In this document: positions 16,322 through 25,896 of the stretch, piece after piece
Layout of the letters: every line of letters starts with the position of its first letter
Numbering within the stretch: the stretch's first letter is position 1
Source of the DNA: Telmatocola sphagniphila
Lineage (GTDB): Bacteria; Planctomycetota; Planctomycetia; Gemmatales; Gemmataceae
Assembly: GCF_018398935.1 (NCBI RefSeq)
Contig: NZ_CP074694.1
Span: 5,790,001-5,822,000, forward strand
Direction: 5' to 3'
Length of the DNA: 32,000 nucleotides
Made by a program: the position numbers and the translations under genes
Notes under the pieces: generated by a model
Told to the model about the DNA's origin: nothing
Database searches by the model: none
The model's input: only the letters and a program-made list of their open reading frames with translations

Positions 16322-16473
16322 TCAATTTCCTCGACTCACTCTCATCTATTGCTGGGCAGGCGCTTTCCGCTACTATGCCGGTTAGCGTTAAATTTTGCCG
16401 TTCTCAAATCCATGACCTCCTTTCAACAGCTTCAGTGAGCGACCCGCCATGAGCCCCAGCTTGGAAATAACTA

Positions 16474-16502
16474 TTGAAGAATCTGATACGAGTCAATATA
16501 CT
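16474..16502 (+). promoter_or_regulatory. sigma-70-type promoter TTGAAG-17 nt-TATACT for the 16541 gene
   Basis: TTGAAG lies at 16474-16479, the 17-nt spacer at 16480-16496, and TATACT at 16497-16502. The promoter is ~40-55 nt upstream of the candidate starts at 16541/16556. Confidence 0.5.
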
Positions 16503-16539
16503 GTTTAAAGTTTCAAAGTTTCAAAGTTTTAAAGTTTTT
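16503..16539. repeat. tandem 8-bp repeat (AAAGTTTY x4 plus a partial unit)
   Basis: The sequence is GTTT AAAGTTTC AAAGTTTC AAAGTTTT AAAGTTTT T. Full units begin at 16507, 16515, 16523 and 16531. The array lies between the -10 box and the start codon. Confidence 0.9.
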
Positions 16540-16540
16540 C

Positions 16541-17416
16541 TTGAGGTCGAGATCGATGAATGCACATTTTCCCTCAAAACCCTTTTACTGGACCGTCGCG
16601 GTCGAAGGATATTCGTGGATCCCGGAAGTTCCTGGGTCAAAGCATAGTTCGACCAAAAAAGCTCTTGCTGGCCGAAAGTTCTGCGTCGCGAAAAGGGAGT
16701 ACCCGAACCGGACATACCAACCCAGTGAAGTTCAGAACCTGTACCGAATTTTTGGAAACCTGAAGCCGTCAGAAGAAGCTGTACAGCAATTTGCAAATGA
16801 ATACGGTCTTTTAGGTATCGGAACCGCTCCGAAAACACAATCTGCAACCGGTGATAGGCTGCGCATCAAATTTGAGGCTTGTTCGATAGGTGCAGAAGAC
16901 AAGACCGCGAAGATTTCCAAGCCGGTTCAATACGGCGAAGCTTTTGAAGATTGGATTGTCGCCATTCAGGATATGAATCGAGCAATCACTCTTATGGAAC
17001 TATGCCGTCCGGGGGGAGGAGCTGTCCAAGCGGACTTCATGGAAATGTACGAATTGTTCAATAGGTACTCCAACTTTGATTTTGCTATCCGCTTACAGAT
17101 GTCCTTAGATTCGACATCGGGGTTGCATTGCCTCAGTCTAAATCCCCAATCGCTATTAGGTGCAATGTGGCTTCAGTTCGGGTGTGCAAGTGCGATTAAC
17201 CAAGAAAAGGCAACCGATCGGACTTGTGCAATATGCGGAGAAATTTTCCCGATGAAGAGTGGACGTGGTCATTCCAAACAAATTTACTGCTCCAACAAAT
17301 GTAAGATGCGTGCGTATTGGAAACGAAAAGAAAACCAGCCTTCACAGGCAGAACCTTCTAAGCCTGTAGACAATCGAAGAGCTTTGAGTGACGTGGATTT
17401 TGATCCGGACAATTAG
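16541..17416 (+). CDS. hypothetical protein with C-terminal Zn-ribbon / basic tail (putative DNA-binding regulator of the element)
   Basis: 291 aa from TTG 16541; ATG 16556 is a more conventional start. The C-terminus reads CAICGEIFPMKSGRGHSKQIYCSNKCKMRAYWKRK, a CxxC...CSxxC-basic pattern common in mobile-element regulators. Confidence 0.6.
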   Translation: MRSRSMNAHFPSKPFYWTVAVEGYSWIPEVPGSKHSSTKKALAGRKFCVAKREYPNRTYQPSEVQNLYRIFGNLKPSEEAVQQFANEYGLLGIGTAPKTQSATGDRLRIKFEACSIGAEDKTAKISKPVQYGEAFEDWIVAIQDMNRAITLMELCRPGGGAVQADFMEMYELFNRYSNFDFAIRLQMSLDSTSGLHCLSLNPQSLLGAMWLQFGCASAINQEKATDRTCAICGEIFPMKSGRGHSKQIYCSNKCKMRAYWKRKENQPSQAEPSKPVDNRRALSDVDFDPDN

Positions 17417-17447
17417 CATTTCAGTGGAAAGTTAAAAAGGACTCTGA

Positions 17448-17750
17448 GTGGGTATCAGAATATTTCGGCGGTATGGACGACTAGGTAGGGGGTATGAGAA
17501 ATGGAAGCAGACGATAAGCAACCCCTCAAAATGCTCACTTAACCCTTTGCTCGTCGACGCAAGGGAAGCGGCCCGGCTTCTGGGTATCGGTGCTCGCAAG
17601 CTCTGGGAGATCACCAATACCCGCGAACTTCCAGCGGTGCGTATTGGACGAGCGATCCGCTACGACATGGCCGACATTCGAGCGTTCATCGAGCGGGCGA
17701 AAGACAAGCCGTTTATCGTTCGCATATCTCAAAATCGGCCGCTGGGTTAA
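17448..17750 (+). CDS. xis: excisionase-family helix-turn-helix DNA-binding protein
   Basis: The core reads LLVDAREAARLLGIGARKLWEITNTRELPAVRIGRAIRYDMADIRAFIERAK, the excisionase/MerR-like HTH pattern. The true start may be TTG 17547, because the listed GTG 17448 adds 33 non-conserved residues. The gene sits directly upstream of the integrase. Confidence 0.75.
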   Translation: MGIRIFRRYGRLGRGYEKWKQTISNPSKCSLNPLLVDAREAARLLGIGARKLWEITNTRELPAVRIGRAIRYDMADIRAFIERAKDKPFIVRISQNRPLG

Positions 17751-17771
17751 ACTCAATTCGTAACAAAGCAA

Positions 17772-19271
<1,500 letters not shown>

Positions 19272-19281
19272 TGCGACTGTT

Positions 19282-19309
19282 ATTTTGGTAAAGAGAACTG
19301 CGATGTCAA
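19282..19309 (-). promoter_or_regulatory. candidate promoter of tRNA-Lys (TTGACA-16 nt-CAAAAT)
   Basis: On the minus strand TTGACA lies at 19309-19304 and CAAAAT at 19287-19282. The -10 element ends 10 nt before the tRNA 5' end. Confidence 0.45.
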
Positions 19310-19362
19310 GAGGTTCGGCCATTTTCCGGTTTGAACCCGCCATTTTGGGCGAAATTTTCACT

Positions 19363-20751
19363 TTAGCCCCGGAAAATCCACTTAACCATCTCCCCAAATT
19401 TGGCTCCCTTACCATGCATCAGGATGCCCACTCGGAAAATCCGGCCCGCCGCCCAGACGCATAGGAGCGTCGTCATTAGCACCAGCACAATACTCGTCAG
19501 CAACTGCCAAAGCGGTACGCCCGGGGGGACTGACTGCCGGGCCACCATGATCATGGGAGTGCCGAATGGGAAGAAGGAAGCGACTGTAGCAATCATGCCG
19601 TTCGGATCGCTGATGATTTTGCTCAAAGCGAACAGCGGGATACAGGCGATGAGCATGATCGGCATCATCAGCGACTGAGTATCCTTGATGTCCACGGCCG
19701 CCGCGCCCACGGCGATGAACAGAGAACCGTAGATTAACAGAGCCAGGATCAGGAAGAAGCCGAACCAAAATAGCAGGACGGGAGAGAGCAGATCGGCATA
19801 GCCGTAACGATAAGCGACGAAATAGCCTCCCAGCAGGTAGACACTAGCCATGGTCAAGGCCACGCCAATTACTCCCACGAGCTTGCCGGCCATCAGTTGA
19901 AAAGGACTGACCGAACCCAGAATCACCTCGGCGATACGCTGGGATTTCTCCTCAACGATTCCCTGCATTGCCGGTGTCGCCCCCACCATGATGACCATGA
20001 ACATTAAACCTATAAGCGCGGCCGGTAGGAACAGATTAACGAATTGTGCTCCTTTTTTGCCCTCTTTAAGTTCACCTGTTAGTTTGTCTTTAACAACCAA
20101 GGAATGCGGTTCAACAATCACTTGAGCCAGAAGCGGCTTGATCTCAAAGGCGTTGAGCTTTTTGTCATTAAACCTCTGTACTTGAACTGCTTCGGTTAGC
20201 AGAAATTGCGCGGGAAATCGAAACTTGGCTGCTTCAATAGCATTTTTAAATCTGAGCTTAACGATTTGATCATCCGGTTGTTCTTCGGCTAATTTGGTGA
20301 TGGGTTTGTATACTTCTTTGCCAATTTCGACGAAACCATCCAATTCTCCATTTTCAACCCGTTGGGACAATTCATAACGCTGCTGGAGAATTGATTCTTT
20401 ATCATCCTTACTCGGCGGAATAGTTTCGATGGCCATCTTCATCGAAACCAGCTCTTTTAACTGAGGAGCCGCCTTTTCAATTTCCGGATTTTTCTTGGTA
20501 GCCTCCGTTAACTGCTTTTTGAATTCGCTGTTCTCGTCGACAAGTTGTTTTAAGACTTCACCGAGTTTTCCGCCTTCGCTACGATCCACAACGGCGATCT
20601 TCATCTCCTTGACATCCACTTTTTCCAGCACCACCTGCACCAGGATGCTGCCGAAAGAGAAAATGGGCATCATCAGCATTGTCAGGATGAAGGCTTTGGA
20701 GCGGACCGCCGCTTTGTATTCCCGGGCGGCGATCGTGAAAATCTTATCCAT
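19363..20751 (-). CDS. ABC-2 family transporter permease (NatB-like, large extracytoplasmic loop)
   Basis: The ORF runs 19363-20799. ATG 20751 (MDKIFTIAAREYKAAVRSKAF) is the more likely start and removes the overlap with the nuclease gene. It has one N-terminal TM helix, a ~200-aa loop and five C-terminal TM helices. Confidence 0.8.
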   Translation of the reverse strand: MDKIFTIAAREYKAAVRSKAFILTMLMMPIFSFGSILVQVVLEKVDVKEMKIAVVDRSEGGKLGEVLKQLVDENSEFKKQLTEATKKNPEIEKAAPQLKELVSMKMAIETIPPSKDDKESILQQRYELSQRVENGELDGFVEIGKEVYKPITKLAEEQPDDQIVKLRFKNAIEAAKFRFPAQFLLTEAVQVQRFNDKKLNAFEIKPLLAQVIVEPHSLVVKDKLTGELKEGKKGAQFVNLFLPAALIGLMFMVIMVGATPAMQGIVEEKSQRIAEVILGSVSPFQLMAGKLVGVIGVALTMASVYLLGGYFVAYRYGYADLLSPVLLFWFGFFLILALLIYGSLFIAVGAAAVDIKDTQSLMMPIMLIACIPLFALSKIISDPNGMIATVASFFPFGTPMIMVARQSVPPGVPLWQLLTSIVLVLMTTLLCVWAAGRIFRVGILMHGKGAKFGEMVKWIFRG

Positions 20752-20782
20752 AATCTCTCTTCGGTTCGTTCTAGATTCGATA

Positions 20783-21748
20783 CTAGTTGGCAGCTGCAAT
20801 TTCTTTCAAGACAATCGAAAGTCGCAAACCGGCTTTAGTCGCCTGATAGCGGGCGCAATCCCCGGCTTGCTGAGCATAGTATTTCGGGGCTATAGGAATC
20901 TCGATTTTCTTCTCGTCATCCAGAATCTTCACTTCGCCGTCGCGAAATTCGGTTTTGGCGTATACCACTTTTAAATCGCCACTGAGATAAACGCATTTGA
21001 CCGCTTGTTGAAAAGATTCCTGAGCCCATTCTTCCACGGTTTTATGCCGATCCAATTCATCGCGGATTTTGCCGCCATTAACTTCCAGTTGCTTTTCCAG
21101 ATCCAGCACTCCGGAATTAATCCCGGCATTGTTTACATCCCGGCCCAGCAGGCCGTCCCAGAACGAGTGGAGTTGAATGAGGCCGCCCGATTGCAATTTT
21201 ACCTTGGATAAATTGCCGCCCCGATCTCCTTCAGGGAACTCCTTGGAGAATCGAGTGCAGCAGTGCAAGGGCTGATGCATATCGGTGATCAGGTGGAAGA
21301 GCCAAGTCAGGTGAACCGCTTGTTCAACGCGGTCGCCGCCGGAGAGAACGATTTTCTTGGACAGGCCAATCTGCTTCACGACGTTTTGTTCACCCGCCCC
21401 GGGGGCTTTGATGTCCTCGCCCGGCGGAATATACGGGATATTGATGTAATGCCATTCACCGCGATTGTAAGCTTTCCGCTCGGGAGGGCCGTTGCGAACC
21501 CAGTCGGCCCAGGTGGAGGCTCGCATGAATGCCCACTCGTCCTCGGGAATGTTGTCGGGACGATTCGCAGCGAGATATTCCTTATAGTGGGGATGGTTCT
21601 GCAGAATCTTGGTGATCTTGGTCCGCTCCTCGGCTGAAAGTTGCTTCCAGGCCAGGCGGGAACAGACCATGTGCCCTTTATCGTTCCAGGCAAAGGCGGA
21701 CGGGGAAATTAGAATTAAAGTCAACAGGCTAAATAGCAAACGCTTCAT
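20783..21748 (-). CDS. secreted S1/P1-type zinc nuclease
   Basis: 321 aa. The signal peptide ends ...SPSAFA|WNDKGH, so the mature N-terminus is Trp, as in P1 nuclease. Ligand motifs are WNDKGHMVCSRLAW, HLITDMHQPLHC and LHSFWDGLL. Confidence 0.8.
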   Translation of the reverse strand: MKRLLFSLLTLILISPSAFAWNDKGHMVCSRLAWKQLSAEERTKITKILQNHPHYKEYLAANRPDNIPEDEWAFMRASTWADWVRNGPPERKAYNRGEWHYINIPYIPPGEDIKAPGAGEQNVVKQIGLSKKIVLSGGDRVEQAVHLTWLFHLITDMHQPLHCCTRFSKEFPEGDRGGNLSKVKLQSGGLIQLHSFWDGLLGRDVNNAGINSGVLDLEKQLEVNGGKIRDELDRHKTVEEWAQESFQQAVKCVYLSGDLKVVYAKTEFRDGEVKILDDEKKIEIPIAPKYYAQQAGDCARYQATKAGLRLSIVLKEIAAAN

Positions 21749-21760
21749 TCAACGCTCCGA

Positions 21761-22672
21761 TCAGGGACTGGCATTTTCCGATTCCGGGGTGGCGATCCGA
21801 ACAAAAATATCCTGCAGGCTGGGCTTGGTGATCTCAAAATGTCGGACCCGGCCGCGACGCATCAATTCTCCCAGAATGGCCTGGGTGTCGGTATTGCGTG
21901 CTAAGCGGAGTTCCTGAGCGTTTCCGAAATCGGTGATCTTTTCGACGCCGCTTAATCCGTAGAGATTGGGGGATTCCCCCTCCAACTGGACTTTAAGAGT
22001 GTCCAACCCGTAAGTATCCTGGATTTGTTGCAGGGTGCCATCGAGCACCTTGCGGCCTTTATGGATCATGAAGATGAAATCGCACATCTTTTCGGCCACG
22101 CTCATATCGTGGGTCGAAAAGATGACTGTGGTTCCGGCTTTTCGTAACGACAAAATCGCATCCTGCATGACGGTACGATTGGTCGGGTCGAGGCCGCTGA
22201 ACGGTTCGTCCAGAATCAGCAGTTCCGGCTTGGCGATGACCGCCGAGATGAATTGAACTTTTTGGGACATCCCTTTGGAAAGGGTATCGACGCGCTTGTT
22301 TTGCCAGTCGAGAAGTCCCATGCGGTCGAGCCAGGATTCGATATCGGCATCGCAATTCCGAACATTTTTTAGTCGAGCGAAGAACCGGATCAGTTCCTTA
22401 ACCTTCATGTTCTTGTAGAGGCCACGCTCTTCCGGAAGGTAGGAGATTTTGTCCGAGTATGCCTGAAAAATCTCTTCCCCGAGCACTTTCAGGTGCCCCG
22501 AATCGGGGGCGTAGATTCGCATGATCATGCGAAGGGTAGTGGTCTTCCCCGAGCCGTTGGGACCGATGAATCCATAAATGGTATTCCGCGGTACCCGAAG
22601 GGACAGGTCGTTCACGGCCACGAAATTCCCGAAACTTTTCGTGACGTTGTTGATCTCAATGGCATCGCTCAT
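21761..22672 (-). CDS. ABC transporter ATP-binding protein (NatA-like)
   Basis: 303 aa. Walker A is GPNGSGKTT, the signature is LSKGMSQK, Walker B is LLILDEPFSGLD, and the H-loop is FSTHD. Confidence 0.9.
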   Translation of the reverse strand: MSDAIEINNVTKSFGNFVAVNDLSLRVPRNTIYGFIGPNGSGKTTTLRMIMRIYAPDSGHLKVLGEEIFQAYSDKISYLPEERGLYKNMKVKELIRFFARLKNVRNCDADIESWLDRMGLLDWQNKRVDTLSKGMSQKVQFISAVIAKPELLILDEPFSGLDPTNRTVMQDAILSLRKAGTTVIFSTHDMSVAEKMCDFIFMIHKGRKVLDGTLQQIQDTYGLDTLKVQLEGESPNLYGLSGVEKITDFGNAQELRLARNTDTQAILGELMRRGRVRHFEITKPSLQDIFVRIATPESENASP

Positions 22673-22814
22673 GGAGTTGTTATATAAGGGAGAATTTGAA
22701 GACTTGTCCGGCTATTCGAAGATTCTCCTCCGGGATTTAGGAATCGCGGGGTCCTTTAGCCACTTTTCGCGATATAATTTCGGCATACCTGCCGTTTGCC
22801 AATGGGGCTCTCCC

Positions 22815-25800
22815 ATGTCCAAAATGTCATTTTTTTGGGTCTGTTCCATCCTGCTGCTGATTGCAACGGGCGGACGGGCCGAAGACGCGATTCTCTTCAA
22901 CCGGGACATCCGGCCGATACTCTCCGAACATTGTTTTCAGTGCCACGGACCGGATAAAAACAAGCGCAAGGCGGATCTGCGCCTCGATAATCGCGAGGCG
23001 GCCCTGCGGAAAGAAGCTTTCGTACCGTGCAATGCCAGTCAAAGCGAACTCGTGAAACGGGTTCTGTCTAATGATCCGGAGGCCGTGATGCCGCCGGAGA
23101 GTGCGCACAAGCCTTTGAATGCGGCTCAGAAAGAGCTGTTGAAGAAATGGATTGACCGCGGGGCGGAGTATCAGCCGCATTGGGCCTATATCAATCCGGT
23201 CCGGCCTGCCGTACCAGGAGTGAAGCGAGAAGGCTGGGAAAACAATCCCATCGACGCTTTCATTTTAAGTGCTCTCCAAGCGCGAAAGATGAAACCTTCT
23301 CCGGAAGCCGATCGACAGCGGCTCATCCGTCGGGTCTATCTCGATCTCATCGGTCTGCCGCCGACGCCGGAACAGGTTCAAAAGTTCGTCGAGGATAATG
23401 ATCCGAAAGCCTACGAAAAAGTGGTGGATAGCCTGCTGGCGTCGCCCCACTTCGGCGAACGGATGGCCATTCCCTGGCTGGATCTGGTTCGCTTTACCGA
23501 TACGGTGGGTTACCACGGCGATCAAAATCAGCGGATCTTCCCTTATCGCGATTATGTGATCGAGGCTTTCAACAAGAACAAACCCTTCGATGAATTTACC
23601 CGCGAGCAACTGGCCGGTGACCTTCTCCCTAATCCGACAGAAGAACAGTTAATCGCCAGTGGTTACAACCGCCTGAACATGATGACTCGCGAGGGAGGAG
23701 CCCAACCCAAGGAATACCTGACCAAGTATCAGGCCGACCGGGTGCGAACCACTTCGATTACCTGGCTCGGTTCCACATTCGGCTGTGCCGAGTGCCACGA
23801 TCACAAATATGATCCCATCACGGCGAAAGACTTCTATTCTTTTTCGGCTTTTTTCGCGGATCTCAGACAGTGGGGCGTTTATAGCGACTACAACTACACC
23901 CCCAATCCCGATCTCAAGGGCTGGAGCAATGATCACCCGTTCCCACCGGAGTTGGAAGTCAAGAACACCTATCTGACGAAGCAGATGGAACTGGCTCGGG
24001 ACCGGGCGAATCATCAAATTCACCTTTCTTTCGAAAAATCCAAATCGGATGCGGCACTAGCAGCCAAATTCAATCGATGGGTGGAAGAGAACACAAAAAA
24101 AACTTTTGTCTGGCAGACACCCGCACCGACCGAAGGTAAGGACTTTAAGATAAAAGACTCCGGTCAGATCGTATTCACGGGCAAGGCCGTGAAAGGTGGA
24201 TCCCAAACCCTAGAGTATCGGCCTCAGCCAGGCTGGGTGACGACGATTCGCCTCGAAGCACTCCCCAGTGCGGAGCACAAAAACACAATCACGCGGGACG
24301 GAGCGGCCACGGCACTGATCCAAGTCACGTTTGCATTGAAAAATAAAGAAGGTAAGGAAACCAAGCTCGGTATCCAGGCGGGCCGGGCGGATCGCTACGA
24401 GATTATCCGTTGGGCCAGCACGGTGCCATTTATCGGTTTGGATAAAGGCCAATGGCGGACAGCGGCCGGGGCTTTCGAACAGGCCCAATCGGCTTACTGG
24501 TTGTTGGAGAAACCGGTGTACCTGAAAGAAGGTGATGAGTTACTGGTCACCTTGAAGAGCGATAATCTCGGCTCGGCCCGTGTGAGTTTATCGCCACTCG
24601 ACAACGTTTACGACGACATCGATTCCGAGTTGGGTAACCCTTTTAAGACATTGAATAACGAGCATCGACAGGAATTGGGCGAGAAAGTGTATCGGCTGTT
24701 TTTGAAAGGCACCGGAGCCGACCCGGAATCCTTCAAGGTTTATCGCGAAGCGATGCAAATTTGCCACGAGATGAATCGGGGCAAAGCCTGGACACAAGTC
24801 TCGGTCGCCACGACACCTATCACGACGCGAGTATTGCCACGCGGCAACTTCCTTGATGAAACGGGACCGATTGTGGAACCGGCCGTCCCTTCTTTCCTGC
24901 CGCAGATCAAGAAAGTGGGAGATTCAAAACGGCTGAACAGGCTAGATCTTGCTAACTGGATCGTTTCCCCGGAAAACCCTCTGACCGCGCGCGTTTTGAT
25001 GAACCGGCTCTGGAAGCAATTCTTCGGTACCGGCATCAGCGCGGTCATGGAGGATGTGGGAGCACAAGGAGAATGGCCGAGCCATCCGGAATTACTCGAC
25101 TGGCTGGCGGTCGAATTCCGTGAGAGTGGCTGGGATGTTAAACGGATGGTGAAGCTAATCGCCTTGTCGGCGACGTATCGGCAGGATTCCAAGGCTCGAG
25201 CCGAGTATCGTGAAATTGATCCCAACAATCGATTTTTGAGCTACCTGCCACCCCGTCGTCTGGAGGCCGAGTTCGTTCGGGATAATGCTCTGGAGATCGC
25301 CGGGTTGTTAAACGAAGAGGTCGGTGGCCCCAGTGTGAAGCCTTATCAGCCGGAGGGCTACTATGCGAATATCCAGTTTCCCGATCGCCGGTATGTAGCC
25401 GATACAGACCTGAAGCAGTATCGCCGGGGAATCTATATGCACTGGCAGCGGACTTTCCTTCATCCGATGCTGGCCAACTTCGATGCCCCCAGTCGCGAAG
25501 AATGCACGGCCAGTCGGAACAATGCCAATACCCCGCAGCAGGCTCTGACTCTTTTGAACGATCCCAGTTTTGTTGAAGCGGCTCGTGTCCTGGCTGAAAA
25601 ATTGCTCGCTTCGGATGCCGTCAGTGATGACGCGCGAATCCAGTGGCTTTACCATCGGGCCTTGGCTCGCTCGGCGACTGAAAAGGAGGTTCAATCGCTT
25701 CGCAAATTCCTGGCAACACAGAAGCACTACTACTTGGATAATCCCGAAGAAGCCAAGAAGCTGATCCACACGGGTATTGCTCCGCTGAATGCTAAGGTGG

Positions 25801-25877
25801 ATGCGGTGGAATTAGCAACCTGGAGCAGTGTTTGCCGCGTGATTTTAAACCTGCACGAAGTAATTACCCGTTATTAG
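22815..25877 (+). CDS. PSCyt1 / DUF1549 (PSCyt2) / DUF1553 (PSD1) domain protein (Planctomycetota hallmark)
   Basis: The listed ORF starts at 22578, but that extension is antisense to the ABC ATPase. ATG 22815 gives signal peptide MSKMSFFWVCSILLLIATGGRA. The cytochrome-c-like motif is SEHCFQCHGPD. The DUF1549-type block is NPIDAFILSAL...LIRRVYLDLIGLPPTPEQV. The DUF1553-type block is LTARVLMNRLWKQFFGTGI. Confidence 0.9.
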   Translation: MSKMSFFWVCSILLLIATGGRAEDAILFNRDIRPILSEHCFQCHGPDKNKRKADLRLDNREAALRKEAFVPCNASQSELVKRVLSNDPEAVMPPESAHKPLNAAQKELLKKWIDRGAEYQPHWAYINPVRPAVPGVKREGWENNPIDAFILSALQARKMKPSPEADRQRLIRRVYLDLIGLPPTPEQVQKFVEDNDPKAYEKVVDSLLASPHFGERMAIPWLDLVRFTDTVGYHGDQNQRIFPYRDYVIEAFNKNKPFDEFTREQLAGDLLPNPTEEQLIASGYNRLNMMTREGGAQPKEYLTKYQADRVRTTSITWLGSTFGCAECHDHKYDPITAKDFYSFSAFFADLRQWGVYSDYNYTPNPDLKGWSNDHPFPPELEVKNTYLTKQMELARDRANHQIHLSFEKSKSDAALAAKFNRWVEENTKKTFVWQTPAPTEGKDFKIKDSGQIVFTGKAVKGGSQTLEYRPQPGWVTTIRLEALPSAEHKNTITRDGAATALIQVTFALKNKEGKETKLGIQAGRADRYEIIRWASTVPFIGLDKGQWRTAAGAFEQAQSAYWLLEKPVYLKEGDELLVTLKSDNLGSARVSLSPLDNVYDDIDSELGNPFKTLNNEHRQELGEKVYRLFLKGTGADPESFKVYREAMQICHEMNRGKAWTQVSVATTPITTRVLPRGNFLDETGPIVEPAVPSFLPQIKKVGDSKRLNRLDLANWIVSPENPLTARVLMNRLWKQFFGTGISAVMEDVGAQGEWPSHPELLDWLAVEFRESGWDVKRMVKLIALSATYRQDSKARAEYREIDPNNRFLSYLPPRRLEAEFVRDNALEIAGLLNEEVGGPSVKPYQPEGYYANIQFPDRRYVADTDLKQYRRGIYMHWQRTFLHPMLANFDAPSREECTASRNNANTPQQALTLLNDPSFVEAARVLAEKLLASDAVSDDARIQWLYHRALARSATEKEVQSLRKFLATQKHYYLDNPEEAKKLIHTGIAPLNAKVDAVELATWSSVCRVILNLHEVITRY

Positions 25878-25896
25878 ATTTTGGTCGAGGTTTGAA

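Noticed and set aside
16342-16413. 23-aa minus-strand micro-ORF (MDLRTAKFNANRHSSGKRLPSNR) preceded by AAGGAGGT in the divergent control region
   Set aside because: The Shine-Dalgarno-like sequence is only 2 nt from the ATG, and the ORF is tiny with no supporting evidence. It could be a leader peptide, but that cannot be called from sequence alone.
16503-16539. Tandem repeat checked as a possible CRISPR or minisatellite array
   Set aside because: The 8-bp units are contiguous with no spacers, so this is not a CRISPR array. No repeat-spacer architecture was seen anywhere in the window.
22578-22814. 79-codon N-terminal extension of the PSCyt/PSD ORF
   Set aside because: The extension overlaps the ABC ATPase gene in antisense and lacks a signal peptide. 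ATG 22815 gives a canonical signal peptide directly followed by the CxxCH domain.
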